Below are positions 28,635 to 36,179 of a DNA stretch of 64,000 bases, in pieces. The notes beneath the pieces were generated by a model. It made no database searches. It was given only the letters and a program-made list of their open reading frames with translations, and was not told the DNA's origin. The DNA comes from Acetobacteraceae bacterium (GTDB taxonomy: Bacteria > Pseudomonadota > Alphaproteobacteria > Acetobacterales > Acetobacteraceae): positions 12,831-76,830 of the forward strand of contig JBBCGR010000002.1 of the NCBI GenBank assembly GCA_037201625.1, written 5' to 3'. Made by a program: the position numbers and the translations under genes. Position 1 is the first letter of the stretch. Each line of letters starts with the position of its first letter.

Positions 28635-28680
28635 GGCCCGACCGCCGCGACTGGAACCGCGGCGGTCGGGCCTTCTTCCT
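28635..28680 (+). terminator. strong intrinsic-terminator-like hairpin inside the rightward early region
   Basis: Perfect 15-bp stem GGCCCGACCGCCGCG(28635-28649)/CGCGGCGGTCGGGCC(28658-28672), followed by TTCTTCCT. Confidence 0.6.
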
Positions 28681-28784
28681 GCGACCAGGTCGCGGGCGAC
28701 GATTGTGCATGCACGGGTCGTTACGCCTCTTGCGCCGTGCCGTCATCGGAACGTGGTCCCGCAGCGGAAGGGGGCGCCCGCGCC

Positions 28785-29276
28785 ATGAGCTCCCCGCGCC
28801 AGTTCCATTACGCGGTCTACGCCGCGTTGAAGATCGCGTTCCGTCAGCTCGTCATGAAGGTGGGCGGGATCGACGCGGCGGCGGCGTGCACGCGCGTCAG
28901 CCGTTCGCGGATCAGCGACTACATGAACCTGGCGTCGCCGCTGTTCCCGCCGCTCGACGTTTGCCTGGACCTCGCGCTGGTCGCCGGCGATCTGGGGCCG
29001 CTCATCCCCGCCCTGCAGGCGTTGAGCCACCATGCCGTGCGCAACGAGCCGGGGCCGGGTGCCGACATCGCGCTCGCGATGGCCGAGCTTGCCGTCGCCG
29101 GCGGCAGAATCGCGGCAACCACGCTGACGGCGGTCAGCGACGGCGTCATCACCAAGGCGGAGATCCTGGAGATCCAGCGCGATGCCGGCGTCGCTCGCCG
29201 GGCGCTGGACCGAGTGGATGCCGCAGCCGCCCGGCCGTCCGCGGACCACACGGATGACGGGGAGGACGGCTCGTGA
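28785..29276 (+). CDS. putative phage regulatory protein (CII/CP76-like architecture)
   Basis: ATG 28785 follows GGAAGGGGG. HTH-like TRVSRSRISDYMN, then ...AELAVAGGRIAATTLTAVSDGVITKAEILEIQRD. The family call is from memory. Confidence 0.45.
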   Translation: MSSPRQFHYAVYAALKIAFRQLVMKVGGIDAAAACTRVSRSRISDYMNLASPLFPPLDVCLDLALVAGDLGPLIPALQALSHHAVRNEPGPGADIALAMAELAVAGGRIAATTLTAVSDGVITKAEILEIQRDAGVARRALDRVDAAAARPSADHTDDGEDGS

Positions 29277-29399
29277 CCGCGCCATTCATCCCTACCGCAT
29301 CCCTCGCGCGCCGAATCCGTAGCCCGGGAGACCACCGCAACCGCTGAAACAGACGAGGCCGCCGGGTTGCACCCCGACGGCCTCAAGGAGGCAACGCAC

Positions 29400-29810
29400 G
29401 TGTCAACGACAGGATTATGCCCGAGTTCCACCTTTGTTCGCAATTCCGATTCGGCTCAATCGGACGTCAGCACCGATTCGACGGATGCTGCTGGCGGGCG
29501 CAGCCGCCCGCTCCTGATTGCCGATATCCAGCGCGCCATTGCGGCACATTTCGGTGTGCCCGCAACGGAGATGGTGTCGGATCGCCGGCACCGCCAGGTG
29601 GCCCGCCCCAGACAGGTGGCGATGTACATTGCGCGGCACGCGACACCGCACTCGCTGCCGCAGATCGGCCGTGCGTTCCGGCGTGACCACACGACGGTGA
29701 TGCACGCGATCGCGCAGATCGAGGCGCTGATGGTGGCCGATGCCGAGTTCGACGCCGAGGTACGCGCGCTGACGTTTGCATTCACGCCCGCTGCCGGCCC
29801 GGTGTCATGA
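29400..29810 (+). CDS. DnaA domain-IV (Bac_DnaA_C) containing protein
   Basis: IQRAIAAHFGVPATEMVSDRRHRQVARPRQVAMYIARHATPHSLPQIGRAFRRDHTTVMHAI matches the DnaA C-terminal DNA-binding domain. GTG 29400 lies 8 nt after AAGGAGG (the track start is 29367). Confidence 0.8.
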   Translation: MSTTGLCPSSTFVRNSDSAQSDVSTDSTDAAGGRSRPLLIADIQRAIAAHFGVPATEMVSDRRHRQVARPRQVAMYIARHATPHSLPQIGRAFRRDHTTVMHAIAQIEALMVADAEFDAEVRALTFAFTPAAGPVS

Positions 29811-30481
29811 GCGGCGATGCCTTCGTCCTGGTGGGCGAGCCGGCGCCGGCTGATGTCCAGGAGGCAGTGAGGCCGGCAATCGCCGCGCCTCGGCCGGTCG
29901 TCGGCAGGAACATCCGCTCGGCGGTTGCCGCCGCGCTCTACGCGTGGCTGCTGGCGCGGCAGGAGGATCTGCCGTCTCTGGGCGAGATCGCAGCGACCCT
30001 GCCGCATCCGTGGCCGCACCGCAGGGTGATCGGCGAGGATGTGCGCGCAGCACTGAAGCTGCTGTCGCAGCGCGGCTGGATCACCGAGCGCCACACCGCC
30101 GGTCGCGGCAGGACAACGCTGCGGCATCAGGCGGTGATGATCACCGGCACACGCCGCGTGCTGCGCACGCCCGGCTGTCCGTTCGACCCGCCGACTTCTC
30201 ACCACGTCGGCCACTCGCCCACGGTCCGCGCCTGCATCTCCTGTGCGGCGACGAGGCGGGATGGCGCGGTGCTGCACAGGCTGACCCGCGACGGCCTGCT
30301 GCTGTGCGAGGCGTGTTCGGTGCCGGCGGAGCTCGAGCGCGACGCGCGCATCGATGATCAGCGCGACGCGATTGCCGCCGGCGACGCGCCGATCGCGCGC
30401 GGGCGATACCGCGCCGCGTACCGCCGCCGATCGGCGGACCGGCAGCATGATCTGGTTGACCTGGTGAGGCCAGCGCCATGA
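29807..30481 (+). CDS. hypothetical phage protein (wHTH-like N-terminus, CxxC pairs)
   Basis: 224-aa ORF with ATGA coupling. Confidence 0.6.
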   Translation: MSGDAFVLVGEPAPADVQEAVRPAIAAPRPVVGRNIRSAVAAALYAWLLARQEDLPSLGEIAATLPHPWPHRRVIGEDVRAALKLLSQRGWITERHTAGRGRTTLRHQAVMITGTRRVLRTPGCPFDPPTSHHVGHSPTVRACISCAATRRDGAVLHRLTRDGLLLCEACSVPAELERDARIDDQRDAIAAGDAPIARGRYRAAYRRRSADRQHDLVDLVRPAP

Positions 30482-30672
30482 GCGACGCGCCCGACGTTCC
30501 GACACCGCCAGCAGCTCATCCGGCGAGGCCGGTTGCGGCCCCGTCCAGGGAGCCGCCGCAGGAGAGGAACTGCCTGCTGTGCCGCAAGCTGTTCCTGTCG
30601 GTATGGAGCGGCAACCGACTGTGTAGGCACTGCAGAGTAGGCGGACCGACGGAAACGAGGTTCGCATCATGA
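30478..30672 (+). CDS. small zinc-finger protein
   Basis: CLLC....LCRHC pattern and ATGA coupling. Confidence 0.5.
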   Translation: MSDAPDVPTPPAAHPARPVAAPSREPPQERNCLLCRKLFLSVWSGNRLCRHCRVGGPTETRFAS

Positions 30673-30866
30673 GCGCCGGTTCTGGCGGATTCGGCCAGGG
30701 ACACGTCTTCTCGGCCGTGACGTGGGCTTGCGAACGCTGCGGCTGCGCTGCCTCCAGCTTATCGGCTCTCGCAACCTGCCCGGGCACCAGTCTGTTGGCC
30801 ACGGCCGAGGTCGAGGCCGAGGGCGACCGCCTGATGCGCCTCATCCGGGAGGCGAGCACCACGTGA
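30669..30866 (+). CDS. small hypothetical protein
   Basis: 65-aa ORF with CERCGC...C and ATGA coupling. Confidence 0.45.
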   Translation: MSAGSGGFGQGHVFSAVTWACERCGCAASSLSALATCPGTSLLATAEVEAEGDRLMRLIREASTT

Positions 30867-31153
30867 CCCCTCCGGCCGAGCTGCGCCGCGCCATCGATGA
30901 CTGCCTGATCGGCGGGAACCACCTGTCGTCGCTGCTCGGCGCCGACGCGCCGCCGGCATCCGCCAGCACCGCCGAGGCCATCAGTCACTACGGCCCGGAG
31001 TCACCGACGTTTCAGCTCTGGATGACCTGGCGCGCTATTGCGAGGTTGCGCCAGGCGCTGGCCGACGCGACCGCGTCACCAGCAGGACCCGCCGAGCCGA
31101 TGCTGCTGGACAGGGCAGCGCTGATGCAGCCGAAGGAGGCGAACTCGTCATGA
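30863..31153 (+). CDS. hypothetical phage protein
   Basis: GTG 30863 overlaps the previous stop (GTGA). VTPPAELRRAIDDCLIGGNHLSSLLG... is the tail of ORF 30722..31153. Confidence 0.5.
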   Translation: MTPPAELRRAIDDCLIGGNHLSSLLGADAPPASASTAEAISHYGPESPTFQLWMTWRAIARLRQALADATASPAGPAEPMLLDRAALMQPKEANSS

Positions 31154-31243
31154 GAGGGCAGATCGTTGACCGCGCGGCGCCGAGGCCTTCAAACGACAAC
31201 GCCGGCCAGGATTGGCCTGGCCGGCGCTCTGGAGGAGAATGTG

Positions 31244-31324
31244 ATGCGACCACATCGCAAGCTCCTACCGCTGACAGTCGTGATCGTAGCCATCGAGGTC
31301 AAGATCAGCATACGTCGGCGGTAG
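31244..31324 (+). CDS. possible 26-aa hydrophobic peptide
   Basis: Own reading: GGAGGAG, 6-nt spacer, then ATG. Sequence MRPHRKLLPLTVVIVAIEVKISIRRR. Better third-position GC here than the overlapping 31150..31605 frame. Confidence 0.3.
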   Translation: MRPHRKLLPLTVVIVAIEVKISIRRR

Positions 31325-31691
31325 GGTCGGGGCCAGCCGAGCGATGGTCTCGCCCTACCCTCCGGGCCGGCGCCTTGGCGCGCGCAGAGGGAGCGCGAGG
31401 CCTGCGACGCTCGAGTGCCCGCCTGATCCTGGCGACATCGATCGCTGAGCTGGTCATGCTCGCGGCCATCGCCCTCGCCTGGGACACTCCCACCGCCCTC
31501 GCGGTGATGATCATCACCCGCGCAGCGGACCTGGTCCGCTGGCGCCTGCAACGCCCTGCCACGCCAGCCGCGCGCCGCGCGGCACCGCCACCAGAGGAGA
31601 CCTAGCCGATGCCCCGCCCAGCCGCGGCGACACCCTGCGCCGGCATGCCCGACGCCGGGGCCGGCGCACGGATCCCGACGAGACCTCGCTC

Positions 31692-33245
31692 ATGAGCGGC
31701 GTAGGGCGCCCACGCGGCAGGACGCAGGAAACGCTCAACCAGTCCTCGCTCTGCCAGCTGCTGCGCGACGTCGGCACGCCGCCGGCGATGATCGCCGCGA
31801 AGCTGAACCTCTCGACGGCGCGGGTCTACGAGCTGCTCAAGCTGCCCAGCGGCGAGCCGGAGGAAGGACCCGATCCGGCTCTGCGATCCGAACCGGAGAG
31901 CGAGCGCCCGGCGCGGCTGTCGGCCCGGACGCTATTCAACCGCGCATGCCTGGCGATGAACGAGGTGAACGGGGACGCCAGGCTCCGCGGCCTGGATCGT
32001 GAGCACCGGCGGCTTTGGCTCGAGATCGTCCAGGCGATCGGCCAGCTCGGCGACGGCGTGCGTCTGCAGCTTGAGCCAAGCGGCTTCTCCGATCGCGCCG
32101 ACCTGGCGGCCACGTATGGCGGATCGGAGGACGAGCTCGGCCGGCTATGTGCGCGGCGGCTGCTCATCGATGAGGGCGATGCCATCGCGCTCCCCGGCGG
32201 CCTCGGCCTGATGCGAGAGCGGCCGAACCGCCGGCGGGTGCCGCGGGCCCGTGGGGAGAGGCGGCCCGGTCCGTGGCAGCACCACATGCCGTACGTGATC
32301 CCCGGCGGCCTTGGAGATTCGAGGAAAATAGGGATTTCACCAGAATCGGTTTCTGGAGAAATGGCTATTTCACCAGAATCGGGTTCTGATGAAATCGGGG
32401 TTTTCCTGGAATCGGACGGTCTCGCGTGCGTTGCTGCTGCTGCTGCTGATAGTGAAAAAAATCAATCATTTAGCAGCAGCAGCAGCTCTGGTAGCCGCGC
32501 GCGGGATTCCAGCGAAACCCCACCCGATTCTGGAGAAATTGCCGCCACTGATTCCACAGATATTACATCGAAACGATCGGACGAGCCCCAGGCCGTCCTG
32601 GCGGCCGAGCTGACGACCGCGGCCAAGCTGGGCCGGGGGCCTCTGCCCTGGGAGCTCGACACGGTCCGCGGCTGGCTGGCAGCCGGCGCGTCGGCCGACA
32701 CCGTGCGCGCCGTGGTCGCCAGCAAGATGCGTACGGCTGGCAAGCGCCATGCCGCGCCGCCTGGCACGCTGGCCTATTTCGACAAGGCCATCCGGGAGTC
32801 GCTCGATGCCGGGCTGCGGCCGGCTTCGGTGACGGGCACGGTGCCGATGTCCGACGCGCCACCACGACAATCGAACCCGGCCTGGCCCGACGAGGCCGCC
32901 TGGCGAGCCCGCCACGTTGCGTTGTCCCGGGCGGCGGAGGGGGCGTTCAACGGCTGGCGCTACATCCCGGGCTGGGACGAGTACGCGGCCATCGTCCGGG
33001 ATCCGGCGCACGCCGAGGATGCGCTGCTGTGGGGTGAGGTGTTCCTGCTGTGGCGGCGTCACAACCGCCGCGACGTGCCGCTGATGAAGGATTTTCTGGC
33101 AGCCGTCGCCGGCCCGTCAGGCGGCGAACAGGCCAGAGACTGGGCGCGGGGCTACGTCGCCGCGCACGCCGGCAGCGGCGAGGTGAGAGAGGGCTGGCGC
33201 GACTTTCTGGCGGACGTCGACCAGGTTGGGGGTCAGGCCCGATGA
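31692..33245 (+). CDS. putative replication initiator/organiser (lambda O-like layout with internal origin)
   Basis: N-terminal HTH (PAMIAAKLNLSTARVYELL). The central low-complexity segment is encoded by the iteron/AT-rich DNA. Sits at the end of the early-right operon next to the DnaA-IV protein. Confidence 0.6.
   Translation: MSGVGRPRGRTQETLNQSSLCQLLRDVGTPPAMIAAKLNLSTARVYELLKLPSGEPEEGPDPALRSEPESERPARLSARTLFNRACLAMNEVNGDARLRGLDREHRRLWLEIVQAIGQLGDGVRLQLEPSGFSDRADLAATYGGSEDELGRLCARRLLIDEGDAIALPGGLGLMRERPNRRRVPRARGERRPGPWQHHMPYVIPGGLGDSRKIGISPESVSGEMAISPESGSDEIGVFLESDGLACVAAAAADSEKNQSFSSSSSSGSRARDSSETPPDSGEIAATDSTDITSKRSDEPQAVLAAELTTAAKLGRGPLPWELDTVRGWLAAGASADTVRAVVASKMRTAGKRHAAPPGTLAYFDKAIRESLDAGLRPASVTGTVPMSDAPPRQSNPAWPDEAAWRARHVALSRAAEGAFNGWRYIPGWDEYAAIVRDPAHAEDALLWGEVFLLWRRHNRRDVPLMKDFLAAVAGPSGGEQARDWARGYVAAHAGSGEVREGWRDFLADVDQVGGQAR
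32334..32539. repeat. candidate phage replication origin: iterons plus AT-rich palindrome
   Basis: ATTTCACCAGAATCGG at 32334 and 32367, GTTTTCCTGGAATCGG at 32400 (33-bp phasing), and an inverted copy CCGATTCTGGAGAAAT at 32524. (GCT)5 at 32433-32447 and (AGC)5 at 32472-32486 flank a 24-nt AT-rich core. Confidence 0.6.
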
Positions 33246-33305
33246 GCTGCCGAGGGCCCAAAGCCGGTGAGGAGATGTTGGTGACCGTCGCGGGCGCGGC
33301 GGCAA

Positions 33306-33533
33306 TCACGTGCGACCGAACGGGCCCCCGACGCCGATATGTGACCGAAAGAGGTGGTAGCCCACACGCTCGAGTTCGATGGCGGCTGTCGCCGCCTCGT
33401 TCAGCAGCTCGTGAGAACCTTGGCCGATGTGCTCCCACGGCCCCCGGCGTTCAGGCAGTTCCTTGCCAGCCGGATCCAAAGCGAAGCCGTTGAGGCCGGG
33501 ATCACGCCGCGAGCAGAAGAAATGGCCTTCCAT
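33306..33533 (-). CDS. small protein A (75 aa), paralog of 34135..34368
   Basis: MEGHFFCS..GL.GF..D..G..LP.R.GPWEHIGQG..ELL.E...A...L...GYHLFR shared with paralog B. Differences inside the conserved blocks fall at minus-frame third codon positions. Confidence 0.7.
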   Translation of the reverse strand: MEGHFFCSRRDPGLNGFALDPAGKELPERRGPWEHIGQGSHELLNEAATAAIELERVGYHLFRSHIGVGGPFGRT

Positions 33534-33676
33534 CGCTGAACGATACGCTGTTGCCGTCGCGTTCCCTACGATTTATTTGCGATCTGGCATAATTGTGCGC
33601 GATTGATTGTAAAACTCGCACATTATCATTGCGCGCCTTAACGTGTGCTCGTTGCTCGCAGCGATAGGAGTTCGGC
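33534..33676. promoter_or_regulatory. AT-rich divergent promoter/operator region
   Basis: Lowest-GC stretch of the area (TTTATTTGCGATCTGGCATAATTGTGCGCGATTGATTGTAAAACTCGCACATTATCATTGCGCGCC). Imperfect inverted repeat ATAATTGTGCGCGA / TCGCACATTAT. TAGGAG RBS lies before ATG 33677. Confidence 0.45.
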
Positions 33677-34081
33677 ATGCCGGCGCGCACCGTAATCGTG
33701 CTCGATGATCGAGCATGTGCTGAGGCGGCCGCCTCGGCGCTCCAGGTGATCGGAATTGAAGCCGCATACATCCACGATCCTATGGCTGCCTTGGATGCGC
33801 TGGACGGCGCCCAGCGGATCGAGGTGCTCGCCACGTCGATTGACCACGGCCGCGGCAAGCCCAACGGCATTGCCCTGGCGCTGATGGCGCGCATGAAGCG
33901 GCCGGGCATCAAGGTCGTGTTCGTCGGTCAGGCCGATATGGCGCACCACACCACTGGTCTTGGGGCGTTCCTCGTATCCCCCGTGCCCGCCACCGAGGTG
34001 GTGGATGCGGTGGTGCGCATGCTCGCGGAGGGCTACGGTCCGCCAGCAGATCCGCAACCCGACGCTACTGCGCGGAACTGA
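33677..34081 (+). CDS. stand-alone receiver (REC)-like domain protein, degenerate active site
   Basis: 134 aa. VIVLDD (acidic pair), IEVLATSID (Asp56 candidate), KVVFVGQ (Thr/Ser position is Gly), FLVSPV (conserved Lys-Pro is Ser-Pro). Hand-aligned to CheY. Confidence 0.65.
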   Translation: MPARTVIVLDDRACAEAAASALQVIGIEAAYIHDPMAALDALDGAQRIEVLATSIDHGRGKPNGIALALMARMKRPGIKVVFVGQADMAHHTTGLGAFLVSPVPATEVVDAVVRMLAEGYGPPADPQPDATARN

Positions 34082-34134
34082 TGGTCCCTGTGACCTGGTG
34101 CGTCAGCCGCCGGCTGTAGCGCTCGCAGGAGCCT

Positions 34135-34368
34135 TCAGCGCCAGGCGATTTCGAAGGGCCCCGGTTTCTTGGCGGGCCCTCGGAAAAGGTGATAGCCGAG
34201 CTGCAGCAAATCGGCGCTGGCAGCCCGTCCCTCAGTCAGGAGTTCCTCCGGTCCCTGGCCGATGTGCTCCCACGGGCCCCCGCGCGCCGGAAGTTGGGCG
34301 CCAGTTTCATCCCGGGTGAACGCATGCAATCCGAGCTCGCTGACCGACCGAAAGAAATGTCCATGCAT
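34135..34368 (-). CDS. small protein B (77 aa), paralog of 33306..33533
   Basis: MHGHFFRSVSELGLHAFTRDETGAQLPARGGPWEHIGQGPEELLTEGRAASADLLQLGYHLFRG... Convergent with the REC-like gene. Confidence 0.7.
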   Translation of the reverse strand: MHGHFFRSVSELGLHAFTRDETGAQLPARGGPWEHIGQGPEELLTEGRAASADLLQLGYHLFRGPAKKPGPFEIAWR

Positions 34369-34644
34369 GCGCCGAGTGTAAAATTGCGCGGCGTCAAAGC
34401 GCGAGCGACTTTCGCGTGTGGAGAGCGCTCGTACTGAACTTGGGACTCAGTCAGCGAAGGACCATCCGGGTCCCCAAGCAGAGGCACGCACGGATATCAC
34501 GATGGCCAGGAAACTGCCCGCCGGCGGGGCGGTTGCGCTTTCTGGTCGCCGGAGTTGTTGGGAGGCGCATCAGCGCGCGCTTCGCGCTGAGCATTGTTGA
34601 AGGTCGCCGCGACGATGAAAATCCGAGTGCCGTAGTCGGAATTG

Positions 34645-34675
34645 TTGACGCGGGACAATCTTCCGGAAATAAAAT
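34645..34675 (+). promoter_or_regulatory. sigma70-like promoter upstream of the DUF6362-like gene
   Basis: TTGACG (34645-34650), 17-19 nt spacer, then AATAAAAT. The spacer contains CGGGACAAT, the same 9-mer as in the repeat array at 36095. Confidence 0.4.
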
Positions 34676-34705
34676 CGCGCTCCCGTGATCAAAATCGGAG
34701 TGAGG

Positions 34706-35293
34706 ATGCGCGACCGGGCGGCAGAGGTCGACGCGGCTTATGTGCTGCGGCGACTGGACGAGGCGGGCAAGACGCTGATGGCATTGCCTGGTCGCGGCGT
34801 TTTTCCGACGGGCTTCCGATCAAGCATGCCGGACTACCTCCATCTGCCGGATGAAGATTTCTGGCATGCCGGCGTCAATCCGCACCTCTCGGCGACGCAG
34901 GCGGAACACCAGAGGCCGGCCCCACCAAGCCGTGCGGCGGTGAGCGCCATGGACGAGGTCTATTTCCGGTGGATGCCGCTCCTGCCGTCCGACACCGAGA
35001 TGGCGCTCCGGAAGCGACGCCTTCTCCTGCTGCGTTCGCTGGTGTGGCCGGGTTCCGGCTGGGACGACCCGCATGTCTGGTCCTGGCGCCGGCTCGGCGA
35101 GCACTTCCGGATTGACCACAAGACTGCGCAGACGTGGCACGCGCGAGTGGTCGACCAGCTGGCGTCACGGCTGCGCCGCATGCCGGACCCCTGTGCGGCG
35201 ACCCTCGCGCGGATCACCGCGCATCGAGGTCGATCGGCCGGCCGCGATCACGAAATTCCCCACTTGCAAAATCGATTCCCCACGCCCGCCTGA
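34706..35293 (+). CDS. DUF6362-like phage protein (possible HTH/late regulator)
   Basis: VLRRLDEAGKTLMALP...PPSRAAVSAMDEVYFRWMPLL...WRRLGEHFRIDHKTAQTWHARVVDQLASRL resembles DUF6362 proteins as I remember them. ATG 34706 follows GGAGTGAGG. Confidence 0.55.
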   Translation: MRDRAAEVDAAYVLRRLDEAGKTLMALPGRGVFPTGFRSSMPDYLHLPDEDFWHAGVNPHLSATQAEHQRPAPPSRAAVSAMDEVYFRWMPLLPSDTEMALRKRRLLLLRSLVWPGSGWDDPHVWSWRRLGEHFRIDHKTAQTWHARVVDQLASRLRRMPDPCAATLARITAHRGRSAGRDHEIPHLQNRFPTPA

Positions 35294-35413
35294 AATACCC
35301 TATAGCCGCCGGCATGATCGGGGCGAGGCGCGTCCGCCTCGCTGCTGCCGCTGAAAGCCTCCGTCGGAGGCACGCGGCGCACCCGACCCGGCAATCATCG
35401 GACCGAGGATCTC

Positions 35414-35788
35414 ATGGCCATTCTGCGCGGCAGCGTCGCACGGCGTGGCCGTCACGCGTGGCTGGTGTGGGACACGACGTGCGCTGATACGGTCGTCGCA
35501 TTCCCGATCCGCCCGCCCCCGCGTTACCGGCGTCGTCATCTCGTCCCGCTGCTGTCGCCAGCCGATCGCCTGCTCTCATGCTGCACCGACGAGGCTCTGA
35601 TCCAGCTCTACCGGCCGGCGCGGCTGAACCGCGAGGGGCTGCAACATTCCGGCGAGATCTCGGGCGCGGTGCAGTGCGCGGTCGTCCAGAGCCTGGTCCG
35701 CCTCCATATCGAGCAGCGGACGGCGGAGCGCTGGACGGCCGACCGCGTCCACCGCCGGCGCGCCGCTGAGGAGAGCTACATCCTGTGA
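35414..35788 (+). CDS. hypothetical phage protein
   Basis: 124-aa ORF with a GAGGA RBS. Two small hairpins (GCGAGGCG/CGCCTCGC and GCCTCC/GGAGGC) precede it. Confidence 0.5.
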   Translation: MAILRGSVARRGRHAWLVWDTTCADTVVAFPIRPPPRYRRRHLVPLLSPADRLLSCCTDEALIQLYRPARLNREGLQHSGEISGAVQCAVVQSLVRLHIEQRTAERWTADRVHRRRAAEESYIL

Positions 35789-36060
35789 AACGGATCCCTC
35801 GCCCCATCCTCGTGCTGCCCAGCGAGCCGGCGCCGATCAATGCGCTCAGCCTCGACGAGGCGGTTCAGATCACGCTCGCCACCGGTACCGCCCGGCGTTC
35901 GGGCGGCGAATATCTCGCCACCGAGGCTCCTGTGGCGGCGCGCGTCGACCGCACGCTGCTCGCCTTTCGCCTGGCGGGCGAGTGGAACTGCATCTGCGTG
36001 CACATCGCCGAGCGCATCGCCTTTCTGGCGAAGCACGCCGGTCGCCGCTGCCCGGTCTGA
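35785..36060 (+). CDS. hypothetical phage protein
   Basis: GTG start overlapping the previous stop (GTGA). 91 aa. Confidence 0.5.
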   Translation: MKRIPRPILVLPSEPAPINALSLDEAVQITLATGTARRSGGEYLATEAPVAARVDRTLLAFRLAGEWNCICVHIAERIAFLAKHAGRRCPV

Positions 36061-36071
36061 GGCGCGCTACG

Positions 36072-36174
36072 CCGGGACATAACCCGCCGCGCGGCGGGAC
36101 AATAACAGCCAGGCTGGGCGCACCGGATGCGACATAACCCGTCAGAGCCGGGACATAATGACTATTATGTCCCG
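36072..36174. repeat. helically phased GACA(A)TAA repeat array ending in a perfect palindrome
   Basis: CCGGGACATAAC 36072-36083, CGGGACAATAAC 36095-36106, TGCGACATAAC 36128-36138, and palindrome CGGGACATAAT-GACT-ATTATGTCCCG 36149-36174. Core spacings are 22, 33 and 21 bp. TATTAT lies inside the palindrome, and the ATG is 6 nt downstream. Confidence 0.85.
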
Positions 36175-36179
36175 CCCCA

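Noticed and set aside
31150-31605. 151-aa ORF coupled (ATGA) to the previous gene.
   Set aside because: The N-terminal two thirds are low-complexity with poor third-position GC over 31230-31330. Only the C-terminal hydrophobic tail (from about ATG 31456) looks protein-like. Left unannotated; see the small-peptide finding.
33354-33539. Plus-strand ORFs 33354..33539 and 34189..34437, which are also mutually similar.
   Set aside because: They are the antisense of small proteins A and B. Paralog differences are synonymous in the minus frame but not in the plus frame. The plus ORFs also differ in length and ends.
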